A stretch of 64,000 bases of DNA from Negaprion brevirostris (GCA_030324005.1 JARDVH010000084.1:67394630-67458629), one strand, 5' to 3'; positions 48,667 through 61,030 are shown, counted from the stretch's first letter. Translations and numbers: made by a program. Notes: generated from the letters alone by a model not told the origin.

Positions 48667-51167
48667 ACCACAGAGGTTTACAGCATGAAAATAGGCCTTT
48701 TGGCCCAACTTGTTCATGCTGCCCTTATTTTAAACCCTTAAGCCAGTCCCAATTGCCCCCATTTGGCCCATATCCCTCAGTACCCATCTTACCCATATGT
48801 CTAAATGCTTTTTAAAAGACAAAATTGTTCCTGCCTCTACTACTACCTCTGGCAGCTGGTTCCAGATACTCACCACCCTCTGTGTGGAAAAAATTGCCCC
48901 TCTGGACCCTTTCATATCTCTCCCCTCTCAGCTTAATCCTATGCCCTCTAGTTTTAGACTCCCCTACCTTTGAGAAAAGATATTGACCATCTAGTTGATC
49001 TATGCCCCTCATTATTTTATAGACCGCTATGAGATCATTCCTCAGCCTCCCACGCTCCAGAGAAAAATGTCCCAGTCTTTCCAGCCTCTCCTTATAATTT
49101 AAGCCATCAAGTCCCGGTAGCATCCTAGTAAATCTCTTCTGCATTCTTCCTAGTTTAATAATATCCTTTCTCTAATAGAGTGACCAAAACTGAACATAAT
49201 ATTCTAAGTGTGGCCTTACCAATGTCTTGTACAAATTCAACAAGACGTCCCAACTCCTGTATATAGTGTTCTGACCAATGAAACCAAGCATGCTAAATGC
49301 CTTCTTCAGCAATCTGTCCATCTGGGACTCTACTTCCAAGGAACTATGAGCCTGTACCCCTAGATCCCTTTGTNNNNNNNNNNNNNNNNNNNNNNNNNNN
49401 NNNNNNNNNNNNNNNNNNNNNNNNNNNNNNNNNNNNNNNNNNNNNNNNNNNNNNNNNNNNNNNNNNNNNNNNNNNNNNNNNNNNNNNNNNNNNNNNNNNN
49501 NNNNNNNNNNNNNNNNNNNNNNNNNNNNNNNNNNNNNNNNNNNNNNNNNNNNNNNNNNNNNNNNNNNNNNNNNNNNNNNNNNNNNNNNNNNNNNATCCAA
49601 ATCATTAATACGAATGGCAAACAACTGTAGACCCAGAGCTGATCCCTGAGGCACACCACTGTTCACAGGCTTCCAGTTTGAAAAACAACGCTCTACAACT
49701 ACCCTCTGGCTTCTGTCATCAAGCCACTTTTGTATCCATTTAGATATCTCACCCTGGATCTTGTGAGATTTAACCTTATGCAACAACCTACTAGGCAGTA
49801 CCTTGTCAAAGGCCTTACTAAAGTCCATGTACACAACATGGATTGCACTGCCCTCATCTACCTTCTTGGTTACCCCATCAAAAAACTCAATCAAATTTAT
49901 GAGACATGATTTTCCATTCACAAAGCCATGCTCACTGTCCCTAATCATTCCTTGCATCTATAAATGCCGGTAGATTCTGTCTCTCAAAATACCTTCAACA
50001 TAGTCACCACAGATGTGAGGCTCACCAGCCTGTAGTCCCCAGGCTTTTCCCTGCAGGCCTTTTTAAACAAAGGCACAATATTTATCATGTTCAGGCACCT
50101 CACTTGTGACTATAGATGATTCAAATATCTCTGCTGGAGGGCACTCAATTTCTTCCCTAGCCTCCCACAATGTTCTGCGATATGTGTCAGGTTCCAAGGA
50201 CCTCCTTCCAGCACCACCACCTCCGTAATATGTACACTCCTCAAGACATCACTATTTCTCCAAGTTCCCTAACATCCATGCTTTTCTCAATGGTAAATAG
50301 TAATGAGAAATATTCATTGAAGATCTGACTCATCTCTTTTGGATCCACACTTAGATTACCTTGTTGATCCTTGAGAGGCCCTACTCTCTTCCTAATTACT
50401 CTTTTGGCCTTTATATATTTGTAGAAGCTCTTTGGATTCTCCCTTGCCTTATCTGCTAAAACAATCTCGTGTCCCCTTTTGCCCTCCTGATTTTTCTCAT
50501 CTCTACTCCTACACCCCCATGCTCTTCAAGGAATTCACTTGATTCCAGCTGCCTATGCGTGTCATGTGCCTCCTCCTTGACCAGCGCCTCAATATTCCGA
50601 ATCATCCAGGGTTCTATACTTCTACCAGCCTTGCCCTTCACTCCTAAGAGGAATGTACTTACCCTGAACACTGGTTAATATGCTTTTGAAAGCGTCCCAC
50701 TTACCAGATGTTCCTTTCCCTCCCCATGGTCTCCCCCAATTAACTTTTGAAGTTTCTGCCTGATATCATCAAAATTGGTCTTGCCCCAATTTAGAATTTT
50801 AACTTTTGGGCCAGTTCTATCATTCTCCATAATTATCTTAAAACCAGTAGAATTATGGTCACTGGTTCCAGAGTGGTCCCTCACTAACACTTCTGTCGAC
50901 TGCCCTTCCTTATTTTCCAAGAAAAGGTCAAGTTTTGTCCCCGCTCTGGTCGGGCCATCCACATACTGAATGAGAAATTCTTCCTGAATACACAACAAAT
51001 TTGTCTACGTCCAAATCTCTACTACTTTGGCTGTCCCGATCAATTTTGGGAAAATTAAAATCCCCAATTATTACCACCCTATTTTTCTTGGAGCTATCCG
51101 TAATCTCCTTACATATTTGCTCCTCAATTTCCCGCTGACTATTAGGGGCCTATAGTAGAACCCTATT
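48667..51167 (-). mobile_element. About 2.5 kb CR1 LINE ORF2 (endonuclease to RT to 3' UTR), decayed
   Basis: Minus-strand ORFs: PTRAGTKLDLFL...GTSDHNS, HGFVNGKSCLINLIEFF, YMDFSKAFDKV, SGVPQGSALG, LVRPHLEYYVQFW and QKRFTRML. Confidence 0.95.
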
Positions 51168-51911
51168 GGATGAATAACTTCTTGCAGAATCTTTTATTGA
51201 ACCTATCTGTAGTTTGAACATGGGCTAGATACAAAGGCTTCAGGAGCCGACTTGAGGCCTGTCGGCCATGGGTTGGACAAGCCTGTTTTAAACTAACAGA
51301 ATTTGAAAGCAGCAACCCTGTTGAGGGTTGTAGGAAGAGGAATACCCTGCAAAATGAGAAGCAAGTTAACCATTTTCAGTTTCTAAAAAGATAAAGAGTC
51401 AGCCTGTTTTTGGAATGCAAAAATCGATGCATGTTACCTAATCTGGGGGAAAAACACTGAAAACATGCATCGAACAAGGTGGTCAAAACCTTCATCAAAG
51501 CGGTAGGTTTTGAAGCAGTTATTTTGTAGAAAAAGATGGCGCTGTCCAAAGAGGGAATTCCAGAGCAGGTGCTGAGACTTTGTTTTGTTGTTAAGCTGCA
51601 ATGCTTCAAGATGTTTGCGTATTTCACCAAGTAGAGAATTTGGTTTGATTTATGTTGTGTTGTCATAAAATTAACTATGGTTTGCAAAGTAACTAACGTT
51701 GAGGAAACATGGCGTGCAGAAATTTATAGGAGAAATTAATCAGGATACAGGAAGAACAAGTTAATTGAATTGTATATTCTCTCACATTAAATCAATTTGA
51801 TTCAGTGAGGGTTGTCCAACATAATATTTGCAGCTTTAATGTCTGAATACTTTTAATTCATGGGGATTAGCAGGGGGCCAAGTTAACAATGGCTACCTTA
51901 GCTTCCACTTT

Positions 51912-52130
51912 CAAGATGGTGCCAGAGCAAGATGATTTCTTGTGAGCTGTCCTCAGCATACTCCCAATTCTATCTTTTACTCGCATTCTATGCTTTTAAA
52001 ACTGAACTCTAACACTATATTCTGCACTCTCCTTTCCTTCTCCCTTATCTACTCAACAAACAGTATGTTTTGTCTTTATCGTGCAAGAAACAATACTTTT
52101 CATTGTAATCTAATATATGTGACAATACAA
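51912..52130 (+). mobile_element. Short Rex1/Babar-like non-LTR derivative
   Basis: caagatggtgcc 5' motif and caagaaacaatacttttcattgt...tgtgacaata tail. Confidence 0.45.
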
Positions 52131-52304
52131 AATGGATGTTTTTTATTTTGTGTAGTATTTGATTGACAGCTTGGTGAGCCAATCATAATTATTTTACTTT
52201 TTTTTGCCTCTTTCAATCTCTCAATTTCTCTATGGGAAAAGGCAGAATTAAATAGTTTTTTTGAATTTGGAATCGTCAGAATGAATGGATGATTGTCTCT
52301 AAAG

Positions 52305-52510
52305 TTAAGAATATAAGAACTAAGAGCAGGAGTAGGCCAAATGGCTCCTCAAGCCTGCTCTGCCATTCAATAAGATCATGGCTAATCTTTTTGTGGACTC
52401 AGCTCCAGTTACCCACCTGCTCACCGTAACCCTTAACTTCTTTACTGTTCAAATATTTATTTATCCTTGCCTTAAAAACATTCATTGAGGTAGCCTCAAC
52501 TGCTTCACTT
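52305..52510 (-). mobile_element. CR1 3' end
   Basis: taagaactaagagcaggagtaggcca, reverse complement of the tail at 1-90. Confidence 0.8.
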
Positions 52511-53359
52511 TACATCTTAAACTGTATTCTGTTCACTTGTGTACAATACTTCATGTAAAGTAAACCAATAAATGTTTTCTTTATAACTGACATCCCACTG
52601 TATTTTTTCCCCTCCCCTTCCTGAACAATAAAAGAAGAAATTTGATGATGCAGACGGGATCAGAGAGACAAAACACGAGAGACCATATTGTTAATTATGG
52701 AATTTCAATTTCTCACATCTGTCATTCTTATGATCCATCTCTTGTGAATGCTTTTGTGAACATCTGTCACCAGTAAATTCTGTCAGTCAGAGGAGTCAGT
52801 CCAGCGAGCTCATTTTTACAGTTTTTTTCTAATGCCCGTGCCTTTATTGCAGTGTCTGTACCCTTCCAGTATAAGTGTTGCACTGTCAATCCTGTAAGAA
52901 ATGCACATGACTTTGCCTTTTCTGAAATCAATGAAAGATTCTACAACCTGTGCAGAACTTTCTCTTTTTAAATGGAATTATCAATATCAGAAATGTTTTT
53001 TAATTCTAGTTTGTCAAATATTCCACTGCTTATAGTTTAGGAAAGATACATCAATCCAGATGGCCGTATTTTTGAGGAACATACACTGAATTACTTTTTT
53101 CTCACTTTTTAGCCATATCCCATGAATGATTTTAACAAAAAGGTTAAAAGAAAATCTGAGCTTGGTTAATTTGAAGATTACTGTGTTCCGAGCATTTCTC
53201 CCACTGGGGTGTGTTAGAGGTTTGTCACCATTTATTTGGGTCAAGAAAGAGGTTCTCAGGTTTTTGAAGCTTAACATGTCTTAACATCATGAAAGTATCT
53301 TAATGGATGCTTTCCTGACCACCCTAATGCTTTTTGTATGATTATAAAAACACAAAAAG

Positions 53360-54115
53360 GGGTAGCATAGTGGCACAGTGGTTAGCACTATTGCCTCACA
53401 GCGCCAGGGACCTGGGCTCGATTCCCTGTTGAGTCACTGTCTGTGTGGAATTTGCACATTCTACCCANNNNNNNNNNNNNNNNNNNNNNNNNNNNNNNNN
53501 NNNNNNNNNNNNNNNNNNNNNNNNNNNNNNNNNNNNNNNNNNNNNNNNNNNNNNNNNNNNNNNNNNNAACCCCATTTCCAACTGCATGTTCAATCACTCT
53601 CCAACCCCATCTCCAACCCACATCTCCAATCCATCTCCATCCTCATCTCCAACATCATCTCAAGCATCATCTCCAGCCCCATCTCCATCCCCATCTCAGC
53701 CCCCATCTCCCAACCCTATGTCCAGCCCCATCTCCAAATCCATCTCCAACCCCATCTCCAACACCATCTCCAAACCCATCTCCAAACCCCATCTCCAAAC
53801 CCCATCTCTAACTCCATCTCCAGCCCCATCTCCAACCCCATCTCCAACTTCCACTCCAAACTCATCACAAACCCCATCTCATATCTAATCTCCAATCCCA
53901 TTTCCAACCTCATCTCCAACCCCATCTCCAAATATGTGTGGGTAAGATTGATTGANNNNNNNNNNATTGATTGACCATGCTAAATTGTCCCTTAGTGTCA
54001 GGGGATACTGGGTAAATACATGGGAATACAGGGCTAGGGCCTAGGTGGGATTGTTTTTGGCGCAGGCTCGATGAGCTGAATGGCCTCCTTCTGCACAGTA
54101 GGGATTCTACGGTCG
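53360..54115 (+). mobile_element. HE1-type V-SINE with internal minisatellite
   Basis: The head is at 53360-53467; the V-domain and tail resume at about 53930. Confidence 0.85.
53568..53932 (+). repeat. 12-bp minisatellite (ACCCCATCTCCA)n, about 30 degenerate units
   Basis: Directly visible in the sequence; it produces the PISNPISN and MEMGLEMG pseudo-ORFs. Confidence 0.95.
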
Positions 54116-54580
54116 TATGAAAGGCATGAACAAGAGTTTCAGCTGCAGCTGAGCTGAGGCCGGGGGCTGAAGCCAGGCGATGTTACAGAGATGAGTAGTG
54201 GACAAATTAGATGCAGACTGATGAACAAAGTATAATCAGGAGGCAGGCAATTTGATCACTCACCGCATTTCCTATAGATGTCAGCTTAGCCAATATCCTG
54301 TCGTGTTGCACTTGGTCAAAAGCTATAAATCAAGTCGAATAGGCAGGTGACTTAATGACATTGGAGCTGTGTAAGTATGTTAGGAAGAACAAATGATGGT
54401 GTTAAGGATTTTCTTGCATTCACCAGACAGCCAAGTGAAAAGACAGCTCAATGCATTTTCAATTTCGTATGTCAGCCTGCATATAGATGAAAATAATTAA
54501 TTCTCATCCTTTTAGTTATGCAGGTTCTTCCTCCTCCTTCAATTACAATCAAATATCATGAACACTATCTACTGCCAGTG

Positions 54581-54920
54581 CATAGCATCCCTACAGTGCA
54601 GAAGGAGGCCATTCAGCCCATTGAGTCTGCACTGACAACAATCCCACCCATGCCCTATCCCTGTAACCCTACATATTTACTGTGGCTAATCCATCTAACC
54701 CACACATCGCAGGACACCAAGGGGAAATTTAGTATGGCCAATCAACCAAACCAGCATATCTTTCAGACTGCAGGAGGAAACTGGGGCACTCGGAGGAAAC
54801 GCACACAGATACGGGGAGAATGTGCAAACTCCACGCAGACAGTGACCCAAGCCGGGAATCGAACCCAGGTCCCTGGAGCTGTGAAGCAGCAGTGCTAACC
54901 ACTGTGCTATCGTGCCGCCT
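54581..54920 (-). mobile_element. HE1-type V-SINE
   Basis: Full-length reverse complement. Confidence 0.92.
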
Positions 54921-54933
54921 TAATGGATGTTAT

Positions 54934-55243
54934 GGGAGTGGCACGGTGGCACAATCGTTAGCACTGCTGCCTCACAGCGCTTGGGACCCAGGTTCAATTC
55001 CAGACTCGGGTCACTGTCTGTGTGGAATTTGCACATTCTCCCCATGTCTGAGTGGGTTTCCTCCGGGTGCTCCAGTTTCCTTCCACAGAGATGTGCGGAT
55101 TAGATGGTTTAGCCATGTTAAATTGCCCTTTAGTGTCAGGGGGGCTAGCTAGGTTAAATGCATGGGATTATGGGGATAGTGCCTGGGTGGGATTGTGGTC
55201 ATTGAGACTTGATGGATTGCATGGCCACCTTCATAGGATTCTA
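54934..55243 (+). mobile_element. HE1-type V-SINE
   Basis: Full-length forward copy, head-to-head with the previous one. Confidence 0.92.
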
Positions 55244-55318
55244 AGACAACTATGTTTTAATTTCTAGCATGGACTAAGCAACCAGTGTATCTTAACATTT
55301 TGTTGCTTTTATTTTTAG

Positions 55319-55508
55319 GATTAGAAGAATCATGGAGTGCATCTGTGACCAAAGTGCAAAGGAATTCACCCTGGCCATTGTTGACTCGGACTCGACTGTG
55401 GTGTATTATCAGCTTACCAATGGGTTTGTTGTACCAGAGCCACCAGACGTTGTCGAGGAGGTGGACAGCAAACAATGTAGAAAGAGGCGGAGGAAGTTTC
55501 AGCGATGA
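55319..55508 (+). CDS. TSEN15: TSEN15 terminal coding exon: [62 protein letters not shown]
   Basis: Branch-like cttaac at 55291, U-rich tract and TAG acceptor. The phase-2 start completes the Arg codon. Contains the Sen15 signature FTLAIV.SDST.VYY.LT.GF and ends at TGA 55506-55508. Confidence 0.96.
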
Positions 55509-56750
55509 ACCTAGTTTGTTTTGTCAGCTTATCCTGGTGAAGATTATTTTTCCGAAAGAGAGAAATGTGTTGAATCTCTGCAAAAAAAACACAATTGCAT
55601 TGTCTCAGGGGATATGTCCTGTATTTAAAGGTGTCTCATGGTCTTGCCTGTTGCTTTCATTATAAAGGTGAAGAGCTATAATGGCTGATTCAGTGTTAAT
55701 CTTAGTTAGGTTCATCAGTTTCAATATAAAACAATGGCTTGTGTGTGACAGAAAAGATTTTAAGAAGGTCCATATACATTCAGGTCCATTGTGCTGTACA
55801 AAATTTTGACACTTTAAAATATATACATGCAATTATATTTGAGCAATTTATATTTATTTTTTGTTATTGTTAGGGTTATTGGTTTACTTTTCTCTGTCAA
55901 GAGAAATTACCTGGACCAATGTTAGTAGCACCTCCTGTATTTTAATTCCGCTGTTGGTTTCCTATCTCGCAGCTTGCTATTCAGTGAGGCTGGATGTTAC
56001 AACATCAATCAGCAGTATTAGAAAAAACAGACCTGCCAAAAGGAAATATTTTCCCTTAACAGTTCCAGACCTGCCAAAAGGACAATATAAGCAGTTCTGA
56101 TAACAAATCTGAGTTTTACTGTTATGATCTGATGTCCTCTGAATGTCTTTGAGTCACTACTGTGTCATGCACTGTTAACCACACATTGTCAACTATCGAC
56201 TATGCCTTATGAATAGCAAGGGTAAACAATGTGGAGATACTTTCGATCTGTACTGCTATGATCTAACACAACATTAAAAGAGTGTCTTAAGCAGATTGAT
56301 TCAAGCACAAGTGGTGATTGACTTCCATTAAAACTAGCTGGGATTTTGTGCATGAAGATGAGACACTAATCTATAAACCAGTCAAAGTAAAATAGGGTTG
56401 AGCCTATTTATAATTGGATGGATTGATTGATATCAAAAGAAGCTGTCTTGCCAGTTATCTTTGTGTGGGATAACTAGTGTGTGAAACAAGGAGTAAAGGA
56501 AAAAAAAACTACCAATTTAAAAGCACACTGCAAAGTCCACTGCATAAGTTACAATGATGTATGGCATTATTTTAATGCCTTCTAAAATGTTGGGGCTTGA
56601 TGTATTTTTTAAAAATGAGTAGGTGTGTTTATAACACCAGGACAATGTTTTAAAATGGGTGTTGTAGCCCGTAATTAGTAATTTTTTTCATTTTCCAGAG
56701 ATGTTACAAGAATTTGTATAAATATATTTTTGACATTTGTAGAGCCCTAA
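55509..56750 (+). other. TSEN15: Probable TSEN15 3' UTR (end uncertain)
   Basis: Unique AT-rich sequence after the stop codon, with ATTTA elements at about 55846-55856 and ATTAAA candidates at about 56273 and 56328. No canonical AATAAA seen before the next CR1. Confidence 0.5.
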
Positions 56751-56809
56751 TGCAGGAATCTCATTGTTGTGGACATGAGATTGTCATACTCCACAGTATT
56801 TTGCAATTC

Positions 56810-57590
56810 ACAGAATCGTTAGTGCAGAAGGAAACCATTTAGCCCATTATGTCTGCTCTAGAATGATCATTATTATTTCATGGCCTTCGCCTGCACATTG
56901 TTTCTCTTCAAATAATCATCTAATACCATCTGAAATGCCTCATTGAACCTGCCTCCGCCACAATTTCAGATCCAAAATACTTGCTGTGTGAAAAAATTTA
57001 TTCTCACATAACATTTGCTTCTTTTGTAAATCACTTTAACTCTGTGCCTTCTCGTCTTAGATCCTTTTGTGAATGTCCAGCCCCCTCATGATTTTTGAAC
57101 ATCTTTTTCACATCTCTTCACCTGCTGTCCAAGGAAAATAGTCCCAACCTCTCCTCTCTATCCTCATAACTGAAGTTTCTCATTCCTGGAGCTATTTTTG
57201 TAAACCTCTTCTGCAATTCTCCAATGCACTCACATCCTTCCTTCCTATAGTGTGGCGTCCAGCACTGTAGGCAGTATTCTAGCTGAGATCTAACTAGTGT
57301 CTTATTGAAGTTTAGCTTAACCTCTTTGCACTTGTATTCTGTACCCTTTTTAATAAAGCCCAGGATACTGTATGCATTATTAACTGCTCTTTTAACTTAC
57401 CCTGCCACATTCAATGGCTAATGCATATATTCACCCTGGCCCCTCTGCTCCTGTATACTATTTATACTATTTTTCTATGTTCCTCCTACCAAAATGAATT
57501 GAACTTCATCTGCCACTTATCTGCCCATCCCACCAACTTGTCTATGCCTTTTGAAGTTCTACACTCTCTTCCTCAGTTTACATTGGGTAA
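56810..57590 (-). mobile_element. Old CR1 3' portion
   Basis: gtaaacctcttctgca...ctatagtgtggcgtccagcactgt (the reverse encodes the RRF and EYC..W.PHY regions). Confidence 0.75.
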
Positions 57591-59119
57591 AATTGTTCCA
57601 AAATTTGTCAGTGTGTCAGTTTTGGGCTGAAAACTGGCATTTATTTCTCCGACAGAACAGCTGAGTTTTCACTCCAGATTCTCTGACACTCAGTGCACAG
57701 AGAATCTGGGGACGTGGTTTGTGCAGGCAGTCTGGTAGGGCAGGGCCTGACTGAACTGGCCACAGGGTGCCATCTTTTACGGGCACCTTAATCTGTGCTG
57801 AAATGTCAACTTCCCCTCCCTCCCTCCCTCCCTCCCTCCCTCCAACATCATGGACACAGAGGACCCCTCCTACCTCAAGAGCATTGGGGCAATCCTTTCA
57901 CCCACCCCACGTTATAAAATCCTGCCCATTAACTCTATTTCTGTCTCCACAAATGCTGCCAGAGCACCGAGTTATCATAATCAGTCTTTTCTGCAGCATC
58001 CCTATGACCATTCCAAGCCTGTCTAATATATACAACCTTATCCTGGTAACTGTGGGTAAGTATGACTACCCCTACAATTGAATCCTATGCTCTATGAAAT
58101 GTTAAGATACTAAATGTTTTTTTTCAGCTTTATATTATTGTCCCCTTTAAAGATTTATTTGTATGAACACTTCAGAGTCGCTGTTTCTCTAATCCGTTAA
58201 GTTTTGCCATTTATTATTGCTTTCAAAGTTGATTGCCTCAAATGTCTCCACATTAAACCTGATTTTGATCTACCAATCATTGTGCATCCTTCCTGACATG
58301 TTTACTCTTTCGTCTCAATTACTTTCCCCAGTTTTGTTCTGTCTGCTGATTCTGCATTATAATGTCCAGAACACGCACATTGAGAGCAATGATCGTAACA
58401 ATGATCCTGCGGGCTGAAAAAAATGTCCTTTAATCTCTAATGTTTAACAAGTCTTTAAGGAGATCACATTTTTCCTCCATAATGTTGATATACTAAGAAT
58501 TATACTACACTGAAAACAATTAAAAAGACACTTTANNNNNNNNNNTAACATCAAGTGCTTCACATTTATCAACAAACCTTTGCAGTATCAAATGCCTTTT
58601 GAACATCGATATTCACAACATCAACTGCATGCGTATTTTCTAAATTCAGTTGAATTTTGCAATTGTGAATTGTCTTTACAGGATTTCTTGGTCGTCTTTG
58701 ATTAATCTATGCCATTTTAAGTGAAGATTAATTTTCTTTTTCCTGTGACTTCTGGAAGCTTTTCCACTACGAAGCATTGGCTTACTGGTATAAACTTTCC
58801 CTCCTTCCATCTTGGACAGAGAAACTCTGGTAATTGTCCTTTTCAATATTGAGGATATTGGAAATGAAAGCACTGTCCTCCCCCTCACCCCCCACCCCTT
58901 TTCTTCGTCTTTTTCAGATACTGTCAGATCACTAAGCTANNNNNNNNNNAAGCTAACATTTGAGTCCTTCGCTAGCGCATCTATTGGTTCTAAAAGACTT
59001 TCTCATAGTTAAGTGGAATAATCAATGTCAGAGATGTTTTTTAAATTCTAGTTTATCAAATAATCCACTGCTTATAATTTAGGAAAAATGTATCAATCCA
59101 GATGGTCACATTTTGAACT

Positions 59120-59820
59120 CACCTAAGAATAGATATACTTGCTACAGAGAGTGTAGTGAAAGTTCACCAGACTGATTCCTGGGTTGGGAGGATTGTCTAT
59201 GTTGACTGCCATTCTTGGCATCCCTGCCAGTCTTACTATCCCCTTCACCTCTCCTCTCAGCCTATTGTACTTGACCAAGTTCTCACTTGGTGAATTCACC
59301 TGACATGCATTTTTTTTGTTCATCATAATCTCAATCCCCCTCGTCATCCAAAGAGCCATGTTTTTCCTTCTCTTTACTCTTCACTTTTGTTGCAATGTGC
59401 CCAACTTGTACCTGAAGTATGTCTTTGTTGAAGATCCCATTGTTCCGTTACAGTTTATCATGTCAATCTTTATTCCATTTTGCCTTAGTCAATACATTTC
59501 CATTGCATTGAAATTAGCTGTTTTCCAATCCAGATGTTGTATTGTTCTTTACTTTTCTCTTTTACTTATCTAAACTTTATGATATACTGATCACTCTTAC
59601 CCAGGTGCTCCCCCACAGACATTTGGTCCACTTGGCCCACCTCCTGTCCCAGTACCAGATGCAATAATGCCTCCTTTTCAGGTGGGCTGAGAACGCACTG
59701 ATAAATCAAGTTCTCTCCCTCTCCTTATCCTTTAACATATTTCCAACTAACATTTGCGTAATTTAAGTCCCCCAGTATTACCACTCTATAGTTCTTGCTC
59801 ATCTCTGCAGATTTGCTCCT
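59120..59820 (-). mobile_element. Old CR1 ORF2 fragments (mostly minus strand)
   Basis: atttaagtcccccagtattacc (the reverse encodes the VILGDLN endonuclease motif) and LWMTRGIEIMM. Confidence 0.6.
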
Positions 59821-59939
59821 TTGTCTGCAATTTCTTTTCAGGTAGTTATCCAATTCCCTGAAACTTAATCAATGATAGAGTATGCTGAAGGCAAATTCAA
59901 AGGCAATGCATTCCAGAGCGTAATCATTCATTAAATAAT

Positions 59940-60480
59940 AGAATCCCTAAAATGCAAAAGAAGGTCATTCAGTCCATCAGATTGGCACTGACCTTCTGAC
60001 ATCTTACCCAGTCCCCCACTCCCATCCTATCCCTGTAATCCTGCAGTTTATCTTGGGACACTAGCGGACAGTGGTCTGTGTATCTGTGGTGTGTGGGAGG
60101 AAACCAGGGCACCTGGAGGAAGCACATGCAGGCACAGGGAGAATGTGTAAACGCCACACAGTCACCCAAGGCTGAAATTGAACCCGGGCTTCTGGAGCAG
60201 CAGTGAAAACCACTGTGCCACCCCCTTAACGAAAAGTTACTATAATCCCAAATTACTATGCTGACTGATTTTAATCTGAAGATCACCACACCAAAGATAT
60301 TCAGGTTATGTGGATTGGCCATAGTAAATCATCCCATAGTGTCCCAAGAGGTATAGGTTAGGGATATTAGCCAGGTAAATACATGGGGTCACAGGGATAC
60401 TGTCTTCGTAGGATGCTTTGTCGGAGAGCTGGTGTAAACTTGATGGGCCAAGTGGCCTTCTGCATTGTAGTGATTTTATG
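59940..60480. mobile_element. HE1-type SINE (-, 59940-60225) and 3' half of a second copy (+, 60290-60480)
   Basis: V-domain and tail motifs in opposite orientations. Confidence 0.75.
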
Positions 60481-60484
60481 TTTC

Positions 60485-60615
60485 TACCTCAGGTGAGAGG
60501 CAAGGCTGAGAAGGCAGGGCCTTCAGGAATGACCTCAGCCGTACAGGGATCAAGCTCATGCTGTTTGTGCTGCTCTGCGTCATAAACTAGCCATTCAGCC
60601 AATTGAGCTAACCAA
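60485..60615 (-). mobile_element. tRNA-derived SINE head
   Basis: Reverse complement reads ggttagctcaattggctgaatggct...gatccctgtacggctgagg. Confidence 0.5.
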
Positions 60616-60619
60616 TTCA

Positions 60620-61030
60620 AAACTCACTGCATGAAAAAATTTTCCTCATCACCATTGCTTATTTACCAATCACCTTAGATCGGTGTCCTGTCATTTTTTT
60701 TTGCTCCTTTCTCCATTGGGGGCAGTTTCTCTCCATCTGTTCTGACTGGACCCTTGTGATTTTAAGTATCTCTATCAAATCTCCTCTCAATCTGCTGTTA
60801 CGCTGAGACAAATAACTCCAGTTTATCCCGAATTCGTCCTTTGCATTGAAGTCTCTCATCTCCAGAACCATTTTTGTAAATCTTGCCTGTACCCTCTCAG
60901 GTGTCTTCCTACGATGTGGTTCCTGGAATTGAACACAATGCTCTCGTTGAGACTGAACTAGTGTTTTAAAGGTTCACTATAACTTCCTTGCTTTTGTACA
61001 CTATGCCTCTATTTACAAAGCCCAGGATGC
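60620..61030 (-). mobile_element. Old CR1 fragment
   Basis: Minus-strand RLRGDLIEILKI. Confidence 0.7.

Noticed and set aside
48225-48815. 196-aa + strand ORF
   Set aside because: It starts at a non-ATG codon in a (TG)n repeat and runs into antisense CR1; no coding signature.
51220-51285. ggccatgggttggacaagcctg, resembling a hAT/MER30-type terminal repeat
   Set aside because: Only one short end is visible and no partner TIR or TSD was found.
53378-53974. Pro/Ser/His-rich repetitive ORFs; possible CRISPR-like periodicity
   Set aside because: These are translations of a 12-bp minisatellite. There are no unique spacers and the DNA is eukaryotic.
55285-55665. 126-aa ORF with a signal-peptide-like start
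   Set aside because: It is an alternative frame over the TSEN15 last exon; the hydrophobic start is just the polypyrimidine tract.
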